A stretch of DNA of 58,920 bases, filler included. It is 8 parts of 8 records of this genome, joined end to end, with 100 filler letters (N's around TTAATTAATTAA, not from the genome) between each part and the next. Parts side by side here need not be neighbours in the genome. Positions count along the whole stretch, not along the records: positions 1 to 5,266 come from SRR31147125_35021; positions 5,367 to 12,100 come from SRR31147125_35041; 6 more parts are not named here. The stretch is one strand, 5' to 3'. Position 1 is the stretch's first letter. The number at the start of each line of letters is the position of its first letter. A model generated the notes under the pieces. The model saw only the letters and a list, made by a program, of their open reading frames with translations, was not told where the DNA came from and searched no databases. Of this stretch, positions 1 through 10,394 are shown piece after piece. Both the position numbers and the translations under genes were made by a program.

Positions 1-43
1 ATGATGATGATGATGATGATGGTGATGGTGCTTTCGTTTTCAG

Positions 44-1995
44 TTGTGGATGAGTATCTTGCAGGCCGCTCCACCACTTGGTATCATGATCGGCTATCTT
101 ATGGGAGGATTGATTGTACGCTACTCGGATGGATCCTGGCGGATCTCGTTTATCATACAAGGTGTCGTTTTGTGCCTGTTGCGATCGATTTGACCGTGAT
201 CAACTTCCTTCCTTTCAAAGCGGTGGTACTCTTCGTTCTTGCCTGCATACTTCTTTGGATTCCACGGCGATTAATTCAGATGGACTATGTGGATGTTGAT
301 ACCGATGCGAAAAAGACTTCTCCCGAGGAGGAGACTAAGAGTAATGTACATTTTGCACGTGTACGTTGACTCTGTCGCTATCTTCTTCTTCCTCCCGTTT
401 TTTTTGTTCAGATCATTAGATATGAAGAATTCACACCGGTTACACGAGCACAGCTGGTTAAGGAATTGCAGATGCGTCGCTTTTCATTTTTGAATGAGGT
501 CTGTGTGTTCTTTCTTGTGTGTGATCCCTGCTAACACTTCCACAGGAGGGGATTCCGGGTGGTGCTCCCGTGAGTCATAGTCGTGGAAGATCTCTATCCT
601 TTGCTCGGCGACAAGTCCACGACGCCCTTGTACGCACACGAATTGTACGTGATGCAGCCGGTTTATCATGGACCCTGTGTAGGTTGCCACGATCGCTCCT
701 TCTACACAAAAGCACGTGGCGAAAGAGGAGCCTGCAATCGGGGAGGAACCACCGCCCAGTCCCAGGCCAGGCTTCTTGCATCAATTTAAGCAGCTCATGC
801 GTTGTCCCATCTACTGGAGCGTGGCCTTGGCTGTCTCCGCTCTCTACTACGTTGTGACGGGCATTCAGTATTGGGTTGGTTGTGTTGTCCTGCATACGTG
901 CACCGGTATGAACGTTTGCACCAAACAGATCACCAGTTACCTTGTGGACGAACTTCATCAAGACCTTTCCCACGTGGTAATTGGTGCGTCATGGAGTTGG
1001 ACGGGCGGTGGTGATGTGCTTTGGTCCGTTCCAGCGTTCTCCCTTGCGACGGCCACTGGGCCCACGATTGGGGTTCTTTGGTGGATGGTTCATTGATCGG
1101 TATGCGGATCCTGTGTTGGGGAACGAGGCTCTAACACCTGGGTGAGGCTGGGAGGATATCGCGGAAAGAACGGTGTGTATCTGACACTTCGTGTATGTTT
1201 CATCTTTGCCTTGTTGGGGAATGTTCTTGGCATTCCTGCCGGCTTTGCCAAAACGCTGTGGGGCGTGATCCCTCTCCTTTGGGGTCTGCTTTTCTTTGGA
1301 GGTATGAGAGATCCTTGTTGTGATGTGTCTCTCACTTTGCTCCTTTCCAAGGCGCCATTGTTCCACCAGCAACCGGTGCGTCTGGGGTTTGTTGTTCCTG
1401 AATATTGATCGGCGTCCCCTCTTGTGATTCTTGTGACTCTTGTGATGATGATACAGGCGTATTGCTGAGGTGTGTGTATTATGTACAACGCATGTCTTCT
1501 TCCTTCACCTACTCACTGAGCCCTTGCAGTTCGGTGCCAAGCTCTATGCGGGCATTCGCTTCGGCCTTTGCACAGCTTTCCTACCACTTTCTTGGGTATT
1601 TCCTATCTCCCTTTCTCACGGGTGTACGTTCACGCATGGATCTGGTGATATGCATGACAAGGGCAACTCTGTACAGGTGATTATGGAGGGTACTGGATTC
1701 ACGTGGGGTGTGCGCATTGTGCTTATGTGGGGTATCTGGGGAGTATTTTTTCTCGGGGTGGGATTCTGTTTGGCCGGACGTGCTGCCAAGGTCCGTCGTC
1801 CGTTTGCGCACGAACAAAGGATTGCTTGCACTGACTGACTCACACGCCCAGGGAGAAACTCGGCAATGTCGATTATGGAAAACGGAGTCGGAGATGACGC
1901 TTCCATCGATCCATGAGGAGGAGGAAGGAATTGCTATGGAGGATGTAGAGGTGATGGCGCGGGAGGTCACGTTTAGCCCCATACCCGTAGCATGA
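44..1995 (+). CDS. Eukaryotic MFS transporter, Spinster-like; multi-exon, 5' partial
   Basis: Hydrophobic exon peptides LYYVVTGIQYW, TATGPTIGV, LGGYRG, LLWGLLFFG, AFAQLSYHFLGYFLSPFLTG and WGVRIVLMWGIWG are separated by short GT-AG introns (e.g. 875-928). The acidic tail ends at TGA 1993-1995. Exon boundaries are only partly resolved, and there is one apparent indel near 1075. Confidence 0.75.
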
Positions 1996-2020
1996 TGAAA
2001 CGTTTGTCTCCTGTACAATG

Positions 2021-5000
2021 CTATGGGTTATTACAGCGTCTCGTCCGGCGTAACGGCACAGATGGTCCCATTGGCCCCACTAGGCATCCATCACTCTGAA
2101 CAGATGATAAGCATTCAGCAATGCGTGACGTGCCACGGGAACACACCTGTAAGTCGCTTGTTGTGAGGGGATCGGTATCCTTGGCATTGTACAGTCGACG
2201 TTTGCGCGTCAGAGGTCGTCCATTCTCCTTGTTTTCACTGGCATTGATCGTCTCTTTCGTCGTTTTGTCTGGATGGGCTTCCTTGGCAAGAACTTCTCGC
2301 ACCGGAGAGTGATTCAGGACGTCTACCTCTGTGAAGGACACACTTACACCCTTCCCTGTCACCGATTTCTCCACATTACCCTGGTAGGAAGGAATGCGTT
2401 AATAACCTAATGTGTGAATCGATCTTGTTTGTACCTTCCACAGAGTTGTCGTGGAGGTGGCGTGGGCATCATTTCGTTCCACGTCCACCACTTCATATCG
2501 CTTGGCAACAACTTTGTTTCCCTTCATTAAATGACGAAGCTCGGGGGATGTTGTGACTTCTGTGGACTTGGGAATAAGAATCCCGGCAGGTGAGGGACGT
2601 GCTATATAGATATAAATCGTTCTATCAACCTCGTCTCTCTCTCTCTCTGTACGTACTGGAAGAAAGGACAGCATTCACTTCGGAGGGAGATGAAGCGTGG
2701 AGGACGCCCTGTGACGGACCGTTGAGGAGGACGGGACACTGCTGATCCTTACGGTACTTTGCAAAGCAAGGATGGTGGATAAGTTCCTGAGGTGCTGCTA
2801 TGTTAGTGCATTGCCACGATCATTGTCACGTCACACACCCTCAACTGGGCTGTTAACGTCGCTACCGCCTCAGTGAGACGTTCATTCTCCTTTCTTTCTG
2901 TTTTGAGTTGAAACACAAGGGATTGAGATTCCACTTTCATAGTCGTTTCCTGTTGACCTGTTTTATTCAAGAATGGGGAGACTTCCCTCCACACGCACCA
3001 ATTGAATCCTGAATTCTTTCATCTCTTCCTCGTGTAGTGCTTGCATCTCTACAAGTGTCTACATAGTATGATGAGAATGAGGACACGTGAGAGGGGATGG
3101 AATGGAATTACCTTGTCTCGTTCGGCTATTCCCCCTGCAGGCACAGTTCGGTGTGAGCCAAGTTCGCACCTTCCCTCTCCCTTCTCTCTCCTCTCTCGGG
3201 GTGAGGGTATCTCTGCAAACGCGTCGATTCTGAACGAATCGAATCCCACGCGACAAGGAATTCGAATCCTCCAGCTTTACCACGCCCCCATTCGATCACA
3301 CTCTACAACACAACCATTCCCTCATGCATCCTCATACACGCACGACCCGCAGAAACCACTCGCTCCAATTCTGGAGCGTATTATTCACCACACCACCCAT
3401 GAAAGGCAAGTGCGTACCGAGATATCGTTTTTCCTGTTCTCCCAGTCTTTCGCGAAGAGAAGAGATGGTATCTTCGTATTGCTGCCGAATCTCCCAGGAG
3501 AAGGGGTCATTTTCCCCTGCTGACGGCGTGTGTTGATGGTTGATCGCACAGCATGACAGATCCTTTCTACTTACAACTAGTAGATCCCTTTCGTGGTGTG
3601 GTTGCATCGATGATGGCATTGCGGTGAAGATTTTCACGCTTTCGAATGTCAAACTGACGTCTCAGCTTTTCTTCTCGTTGTGCCACCTTGTGCCATCTCT
3701 CTCAGATCCACACACCACCACGCGATCTTCCACCGTACCTCCTCTACGAGACGCCTCTGAAACATCTTTTCCATCTCTTGTAGGCGCTCTGCCATCTCAC
3801 GAGAGACTTCATCACGAATTTCTGATTCAAGACGTGCGGCACGTGTCTCTGTCTCACACAGGCGTCGTCTCAAGACGTCTATGTCTTCTTCACATGTGTT
3901 CTCAGGCTCCGGATCTGCAAATGTGTGAGTGCAAGCAAGAGTCTTCTCCTCCTTATGTTACCTGGCTTTCGTCTGGCCGTCGCAAACGGTGTCTTCTTTG
4001 GACTTCGTACAGGAGTCATTGGAACCATGTGGGTGTCGATTCGATTGCTGAAAACAATCTCTCGCGCTACAGCAGTGTACTTGAGTGCGTGGGCTGTCTC
4101 GTCAAAGTCTACCTCGTGTGGATTCACGTTCACCACCATAACCTGATTGATGTGAACGATTACAAAAAGAGGGGAGTCATCTGTGTGCATACCGTTTGGC
4201 CGGCTCCCAGAAGAAAGTCTCGAAAGATTCGGGTGAGCTTTGAGTTTCGGAAGGGAATAACTTGTTGAGGAGCGTGAGGATGTTGCTGATTGGAGCGTAA
4301 AATCTCGAGACACCGCCCCAGATTCATCAGTGATGTATTGATCTTGTTTGACTCTGAGGAAAAATGAACATACGTTAGAAGGGCACCAGAAGAGTATGAA
4401 CAAGCAAGCACCATTGAAGCGCTCGCCCGTATTCCCTGTTCGCTTATTGCGCTCGGCTCCAGCGAGGTCAACAATAGACATACGACTCCAATATCCCAGA
4501 GGTTCGCCTCCATCGGTTTGTGACACGGTCTGAAACACCTTGAGTGTGCAAATGGTGTGACTTCGACTCGAATCGGCGTTGATTGTATTGTTGGCCTGAG
4601 AAGACGTATGAGTTAGCCCGATCCCTCTCTACACAACGAACCAACCATTTTTCGATTGTGCATCCCACGACGAATAAAATTCTGTGCCTCCTCAGCCGAA
4701 GCCACTTGAATTTCCTTCATATCTTTGATATAGAAACCACCATTTTCCGTATCTTCCTTCAAGTCCAACTTCTTGCGTGCTCCTTTCGTGTCACCTAGCG
4801 AAGATGAAAGAATGAATTGCCCAGGAGGGTAGAAATCGGCCCTACGCACACAGGAGATCGAAAATGTTCTCGTTATAGATCTCACAATAAGAGATCGTTA
4901 CAGAGTAGGTCACGTCGGGACTCTGCGGCTACATGGGTACGTGTGAGCGAGCACCGTACCGATCTGAATTTCACCTTTGTATCGTCTGCCGCTGGTGAAT

Positions 5001-5266
5001 CGTCTGGTGGAGGCTGAATGTATGCTCCCGAGTGAGATACATTTCATTTCGCACTAGAGATCGTACCTCCAGGCCGAGATGAATGTTCTTGATCCGTGTG
5101 AACAAAAATCGAGTGTCCGTGGAAGCACACCCGGATCGTGAGGCGGACCTACCACCGTGTACGTCTTGCCGGCATTGGTGACACCGTATGCAAAGAGAAG
5201 ACCACTTTTCCGCTGAAGTAGTCCTTTTGCAAGTGGAAGAGCTGAATCCTCAAAGATCCTGAGGGG
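2021..5266 (-). CDS. Kinesin motor protein, kinesin-6 (KIF20/MKLP)-like; multi-exon, 5' partial
   Basis: P-loop LFAYGVTNAGKTYT (~5157-5200), switch I NADSSRSH (~4555-4582), switch II DLAGAER, INTSLMNLGRCL, IPFRNSKLT and ETAHALKY. These are followed by the coiled coil LESEIRDEVSREMAERLQEME and a basic tail ending at TAG 2021-2023. Confidence 0.88.
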
Positions 5267-5366
5267 NNNNNNNNNNNNNNNNNNNNNNNNNNNNNNNNNN
5301 NNNNNNNNNNTTAATTAATTAANNNNNNNNNNNNNNNNNNNNNNNNNNNNNNNNNNNNNNNNNNNN
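5267..5366. other. Artificial contig-joining spacer (N-run, TTAATTAATTAA, N-run); same spacer at 12101-12200, 25320-25419, 31480-31579, 38142-38241, 45579-45678 and 52780-52879
   Basis: The same 100-nt structure recurs seven times, carries stops in all six frames, and base composition and gene style change across each copy. Confidence 0.98.
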
Positions 5367-5409
5367 AAAAAATCCTTGCAAATCCTGCGCGAACCGGCAA
5401 TTGCACTTA

Positions 5410-6143
5410 CTAATTGAACTGCTGTATAATTTTTTTCTGAAAACAATGCTCCATTTTACAGAGTTGACAGGGATAGGCTCTTTTTTTGCTTCCCGACCAA
5501 TCCCGACAATCCCACTTATTGATTTGATTGGTAGCATTAAAGAGGATTCGGTCAGAGTAATACCGCAAAATTGTTCGGGGAAGAAAGAAAATAATACTTT
5601 TTGATCCGAAACAGGCCAACCACAATACCCCGGGCTAAATCGATGGGTTATATGTTGCCCATTCAATAATTGTTTCTGTTCCAGAATATCCTGTATTTTG
5701 TTCATGGCCATTTCGACCGTAACAGAAGCGACCGCATCAACTACATATCCCTTTACCAGCTCGCCAGTGTCCATCAATTTTTTGGACCATTTTTCCATTT
5801 CAGGTCCAACTGTGCACAGAAAAACAGCTGCGGTTTCAGATCCCCTCAACTGTTTATTAATCACTTTTTTTGAATCAACATATTTTCCATCTAACTCCAG
5901 ACCTATCCCATTTTCGCTAAAAGTCAGGTCATTCAGGACACGGAAACCACCTTTAATATGACAGTAATGACTGGCCTCGGAAATGACATCGTGGATCATC
6001 TTTTGAAAATGATCAGATCCGTTACCATTATCGTAACCGAGTACTTTTTCAACATGGTTTACGGGTATCTCCAGTTCATTATAACTAATTGAAAATTCAC
6101 AAATGTGGGCCACTATATCTGCTGTTTTCGTCGATAAACTCAT
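5410..6143 (-). CDS. B12-dependent methionine synthase activation-domain-like protein (one frameshift near 5480)
   Basis: Motifs AVFLCTVG, DAVASVTVE, RFSPGYCGW and LMLPIKSISGIVGIG. The Cys-rich tail RAYPCQLCKMEHC lies in the neighbouring frame after an A-homopolymer. ATGA overlap with the upstream gene. Confidence 0.8.
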
Positions 6144-7027
6144 TTCATTCCACCTACTGCGTTAACAATCGCTTTAATATGAAAAGGTGTCGTTCCGCAA
6201 CAACCACCGATAATATTTGCTCCGGCATCAAATAATGCAGGTACTCTGGCAGCCATTTCCTCCGGCGTTTCCGGAAAAACGGTCACGCCATCCTTAACAA
6301 CAGGACTTCCGGCATTTGCGTGCACCAGTATTGGACTGTCCTTATCAACAGAACGTATTTCTTTGACAATATCTATCATCTGTTCTATACCATTACCACA
6401 ATTGGCTCCAATGATATCCGCACCTGCTTCAATTACACGTGGTACCATTTCGGTCGGCGACACACCCATCATACTACGATATTGATTATCCACTGTTCTT
6501 TCAAATGTCATTGTGCAGATAATTTCCAAATTAGTATTATCCCGGGCAGCCTTGATAGCCAGACACGCCTCATCAAGGTCGGACATGGTCTCAATACAAA
6601 TAGCGTCAGCACCGCCTTTTTCAAGAGAAATAGCCTGTACTTTAAAGGCGTCATACAGCTCATCTTCGGTCACATCTCCCATTAAAAGCATTTTTCCGGT
6701 TGGCCCAATAGATCCAAGCACGTAATGATCTGTGCCTGCCGCTTCTCGTGAAATAGAGGCAGCCGCTTCATTCAGTTCAGCATCCCGGTCAGCCAGGCCA
6801 TAATGCTCAAGTTTAAACCGGCTGCCGCCAAAACTGTTGGTTTCTATCAGGTCAGCGCCCGCTTTTATATAATCCGTTGCGATTTCAAGGACGCCTTGCC
6901 GATGCTCGACACACCATAATTCCGGACATTCACCAGCCTGCAGACCTTTTTTATGCAGAAATGTCCCCCAGGCACCGTCAGAGACAAGTATTTTTCCTTT
7001 TTTCACAGTGTCAGCAATTCGTTCCAT
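6140..7027 (-). CDS. Homocysteine S-methyltransferase family protein (MetH Hcy-binding domain)
   Basis: Motifs LVSDGAWGT, ETNSFG, IETMSD, GANCG and GGCCGTTP (Zn ligands). The internal ATG at 7027 has an SD-like AAGGA, although it is in frame with the upstream CobW ORF. Confidence 0.9.
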   Translation of the reverse strand: MERIADTVKKGKILVSDGAWGTFLHKKGLQAGECPELWCVEHRQGVLEIATDYIKAGADLIETNSFGGSRFKLEHYGLADRDAELNEAAASISREAAGTDHYVLGSIGPTGKMLLMGDVTEDELYDAFKVQAISLEKGGADAICIETMSDLDEACLAIKAARDNTNLEIICTMTFERTVDNQYRSMMGVSPTEMVPRVIEAGADIIGANCGNGIEQMIDIVKEIRSVDKDSPILVHANAGSPVVKDGVTVFPETPEEMAARVPALFDAGANIIGGCCGTTPFHIKAIVNAVGGMK

Positions 7028-7963
7028 ATAATATTCCTTAATTTGATAGTGCTCGAAATTTTGTGAAAAAGAATGTACATCCATTCCCGGACCTAAAGCG
7101 ATAAGTTCAGTAGGGCCAGTGTAATCAGAAATTGCAGTTATGGTGGTCTCACCAAAACAGGATTGTACAGCAACAGTCTGCTCATTTTCCAGCACCACAT
7201 AGCCTTTGAGTCGATAAGCATTGCTGGCCTCGCTGGATAAAAACTTTTCCAAATTCTTTTTTGTGATTTTCTTTGTCAATCTAATAGCTGCCGATCCTAA
7301 TTTGGGTCGTTCTCCCGGATTAAATTCTGAATGTTCATTTGCCCTTTGAACAGCAACAGGCACACGTGTAGAATCATCAAATGATACGTTCAAGGGGATC
7401 ATGCAAAATGTCGACGTTACAACATTGGCATATGGATTCAACATCTTGATCCGTTTCTGAATTTCAGCAACATGCTGCTCACCCTTGTCACACTTGTTCA
7501 CTATTACTATATCAGCAACCCGCACCTGATGCTGAACTCTTTTGACGTTCTTTTCAATCTTTAAATAATTTTCTGCATCAACAATAGACCATATATTCGC
7601 CAGGTAGAGCCGATTGCGCAATTCTTCTGCGTCGAGAAATTGGGCGATGGCGATAGGATCTGCCAAACCGGATGCTTCCAGAATTATAGCATCTGGTTTA
7701 TAAGAATCCACAAGCTCTACCAATACCTTTTTAAAATCCGAGATCAAACAGACACAAAAAACGGAACCGCGGTTGATTTCATAAAGCTTAAAAGACTTGC
7801 CGGTGTTTTTTAATTCCTTACCATCAATATTTGCCGAAGCAAACTCATTTTGAATCACCACGATTCGCTTGTTGTCCGCGTACATTTCGAGAAAATGTTT
7901 GAGCAAGGTTGTTTTTCCACTGCCAAGGAATCCGGTTACCAGAAAAAAGGGAATCATTTTCAT
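7028..7963 (-). CDS. CobW/COG0523-family P-loop GTPase metallochaperone (reads in frame into the Hcy methyltransferase)
   Basis: Motifs GFLGSGKTT, NEF, GSVFCVC (CxCC-like metal motif), EASGLADP, NKCD and the CobW_C motif YRLKG. ATGA overlap with the upstream gene at 7960-7963. Confidence 0.88.
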
Positions 7964-9582
7964 GAAACTTCCTTTACCCATTCCTTAATTATCGGGACGG
8001 CTGGTTCGCTTCCTTCTGATTTAATCTTGTAACTCGCAGTCACCAAAGCAGGGGTTTTTGTAACGCCAAAGGACAAGATTTCTTTCTCATCCATAATTTC
8101 AACGATGTTAACCTCCGCACCCAATTCGTGAATCGCCTGTGAGACACTCGATTTTAATTGATTAACTTCCTGCTCATTTTTCCCTAATATAAAAACAGAT
8201 CCTTTTTTGGTCCTGATTTTATAACGCAGTTTTTCATAAATCCGTTTTTGAATCGCAGCAATGAGTTCATCTTTTGGAGGAATTCTCGAAACAAACACAA
8301 TTTTGCCGTCAATACAAATGGTTGGTATATTTTTAACCATCAGAGACGTCATGAAAAGAACAGACTCTTCATGTTTAATCTTGTGTTCCCGCCATTCTAC
8401 AATGCCATCAAATTGCGGCGCCACTTTTTTCACAGATTCGACCATGTATTGGCATGGTGCACAAGCCTCTGAATCCAGGGTAATGATATCAACAATAACT
8501 TTATCTGCCTGGCCATAATCGCTCATATCAAGCAATCCCTCGGTTATACCTTGCTCATCAAGGGTTCTGGCGATATCACGCTGATAGGGATCATAAACAA
8601 GACTTGTCACAGCTTCAAGATTTTTCGGCGGTGTTGCATATGGCAAGTCACATCCGGGAGCCAAAATAAAACCGGATGTACCACCGATATCAAGACATTC
8701 TATGGTATTTTTCTGAACATCTCTTTCACTACCAAGAAGTAATACAATCGTCAGCTGTAAATTGCCGCCAAAACTGATTTCATGCTTTAAACAAACATCA
8801 CGGACATAATCAAGCGGTATGTTCTCGTCAACTGATACATTGTCAGGTCTGCACTGACACATGACCTCTATATTTTGCTGTGCCTGACCGCATACAAAAA
8901 AAGATCCCAGTACATTCTGTTGCCGAATAAAATCGAATATGCTTGTTGCAGAAGAAGTAACAAACTGATTAAACTGTTCAGGGCCAATCTGGCTTGTCAT
9001 CGGATCAACAACTGCGATAACATCACATCCGGCTTCTATAAGGTATCTGGACATGTTGATACATACATCCTTACAGAATTCTACAAGCTCTAAAACATAA
9101 TCCGGATCCTCATACATTTTCATGAACAGATCTGTTCCCTGCAAATGCATTGCCAATGTAAACGGACCGGTGATCAAACCATATAGTGCAATATCCGGAT
9201 GTTCCTTTCTTAGCGTCCTGGTTGCTTCCAGCACAACAGGGATGCGCCCATCAGATCTTTTTGGCACTGTGAGTTCATCAAGCTTTTTCCCGTTTGCCAA
9301 AGGATGTGATACAACGGCAGGCGGATTTTCATCGGACCAGACCAGATCACACCCTAATATTTCCGCTTCAATCTGAAGATCAAAAGTGACGGGTATGCCA
9401 TCAGGTTTGTATCTTCTGATGGCTTCCTTTACACCCGCAACGATATTTTCACCGGACTTTTGATACTCGGTAGCATTTATACCTAATAATGCACCCCCAT
9501 GGCAACCAACAAAAGGAACCCATGGTGTTCGTTCCACAGGTTCTCTTCTCATGGCCGCTTTTACAAGTTCTTTACCATTCAT
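7960..9582 (-). CDS. UroD/MtaA/CmuA-family methyltransferase with two C-terminal thioredoxin-like domains
   Basis: Motifs ERTPWVPFVG, DLQIEAEILG, TGPFTLA, GGNL and GFILAPGCD. The tail has CAPC...NIPTICIDG, followed by a second thioredoxin-like unit without CxxC. Confidence 0.85.
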   Translation of the reverse strand: MNGKELVKAAMRREPVERTPWVPFVGCHGGALLGINATEYQKSGENIVAGVKEAIRRYKPDGIPVTFDLQIEAEILGCDLVWSDENPPAVVSHPLANGKKLDELTVPKRSDGRIPVVLEATRTLRKEHPDIALYGLITGPFTLAMHLQGTDLFMKMYEDPDYVLELVEFCKDVCINMSRYLIEAGCDVIAVVDPMTSQIGPEQFNQFVTSSATSIFDFIRQQNVLGSFFVCGQAQQNIEVMCQCRPDNVSVDENIPLDYVRDVCLKHEISFGGNLQLTIVLLLGSERDVQKNTIECLDIGGTSGFILAPGCDLPYATPPKNLEAVTSLVYDPYQRDIARTLDEQGITEGLLDMSDYGQADKVIVDIITLDSEACAPCQYMVESVKKVAPQFDGIVEWREHKIKHEESVLFMTSLMVKNIPTICIDGKIVFVSRIPPKDELIAAIQKRIYEKLRYKIRTKKGSVFILGKNEQEVNQLKSSVSQAIHELGAEVNIVEIMDEKEILSFGVTKTPALVTASYKIKSEGSEPAVPIIKEWVKEVS

Positions 9583-9601
9583 GTTAAATCCATCCGTTAA
9601 A

Positions 9602-10267
9602 TCAAGCAGCCAGCTTGCTAAGTAAATCAACAGCGCCTTGTGGATCCGCCGAATAACCAGCAGCACCTATTTTATCGGCATATTCCTGAGTTAACGGTGC
9701 GCCACCAACGATAACCTTTGTATTGGGATCATTTTCTTTCAATACAGTAATCACTTTTTCCATATTGGTCATGGTGGTCGTCAACAGAGCGCTCAATCCA
9801 ACAATACAATTCGGATGTTCTTTTACGGCATTCAAAAATTTCTCTGGTGACACATCAACACCCAGATTGATCACTTCCCAGCCATTACCTTCAACAATCA
9901 TCGCGACTAAATTTTTACCAATGTCATGTAAATCACCTGCGACTGTACCTATCACAAACGTACCCTTGCGCTGTACCTGACCGGATTTGAAAAAAGGCTG
10001 CAAAGGTTCCATGGCACCATTCATCGCTTTGGCAGCCATAAGTAAATCAGGAACAAATACTTTATTCTGGCTAAACTTTTCGCCAATACGTCCCATACCA
10101 ATGATACATCCTTCCAAAATCACTTCCGGTTTTGTTCCTTCTTCCAGCGCTCTTTTTACGATTTCTTCTGTCCCTTCCTGACCTTTCATATCCGGCGGAA
10201 ACGGTGAGTTCATGTTAATTTTGCCTCGTTCAACACATAAAGCAATCTTTTCAATGAGTTCCTGCAT
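9602..10267 (-). CDS. Corrinoid (B12-binding) methyltransferase cognate protein
   Basis: Cap domain FVPDLLMAAKAM, DxHxxG motif GDLHDIGKN, LSALLTTT and VGGAP. SD AAGGAG lies upstream of ATG 10267. Confidence 0.92.
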   Translation of the reverse strand: MQELIEKIALCVERGKINMNSPFPPDMKGQEGTEEIVKRALEEGTKPEVILEGCIIGMGRIGEKFSQNKVFVPDLLMAAKAMNGAMEPLQPFFKSGQVQRKGTFVIGTVAGDLHDIGKNLVAMIVEGNGWEVINLGVDVSPEKFLNAVKEHPNCIVGLSALLTTTMTNMEKVITVLKENDPNTKVIVGGAPLTQEYADKIGAAGYSADPQGAVDLLSKLAA

Positions 10268-10394
10268 TTTAAATCTCCTTTTCACTGTAAAATAAAATAT
10301 TAGCCAGCTCTTTATTAGAAAATAGTGTTATGCACAAATTAAACAAATCACATTAATAAACAAATATTAAAAATCTATCTATAATAGTCTGTTT

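Noticed and set aside
1-43. Poly-Met ORF start / (ATG)n repeat
   Set aside because: A microsatellite inside an intron that ends in a pyrimidine tract plus CAG at 41-43; not a real N-terminus.
44-5266. Stop-codon reassignment in the eukaryotic contigs
   Set aside because: The interruptions I checked are explained by short GT-AG introns or homopolymer indels; I saw no in-frame stops within conserved motifs.
5267-5366. Recurrent TTAATTAATTAA palindrome as a biological repeat
   Set aside because: It is always embedded in N-runs of fixed length, so it is a six-frame-stop linker added during concatenation.
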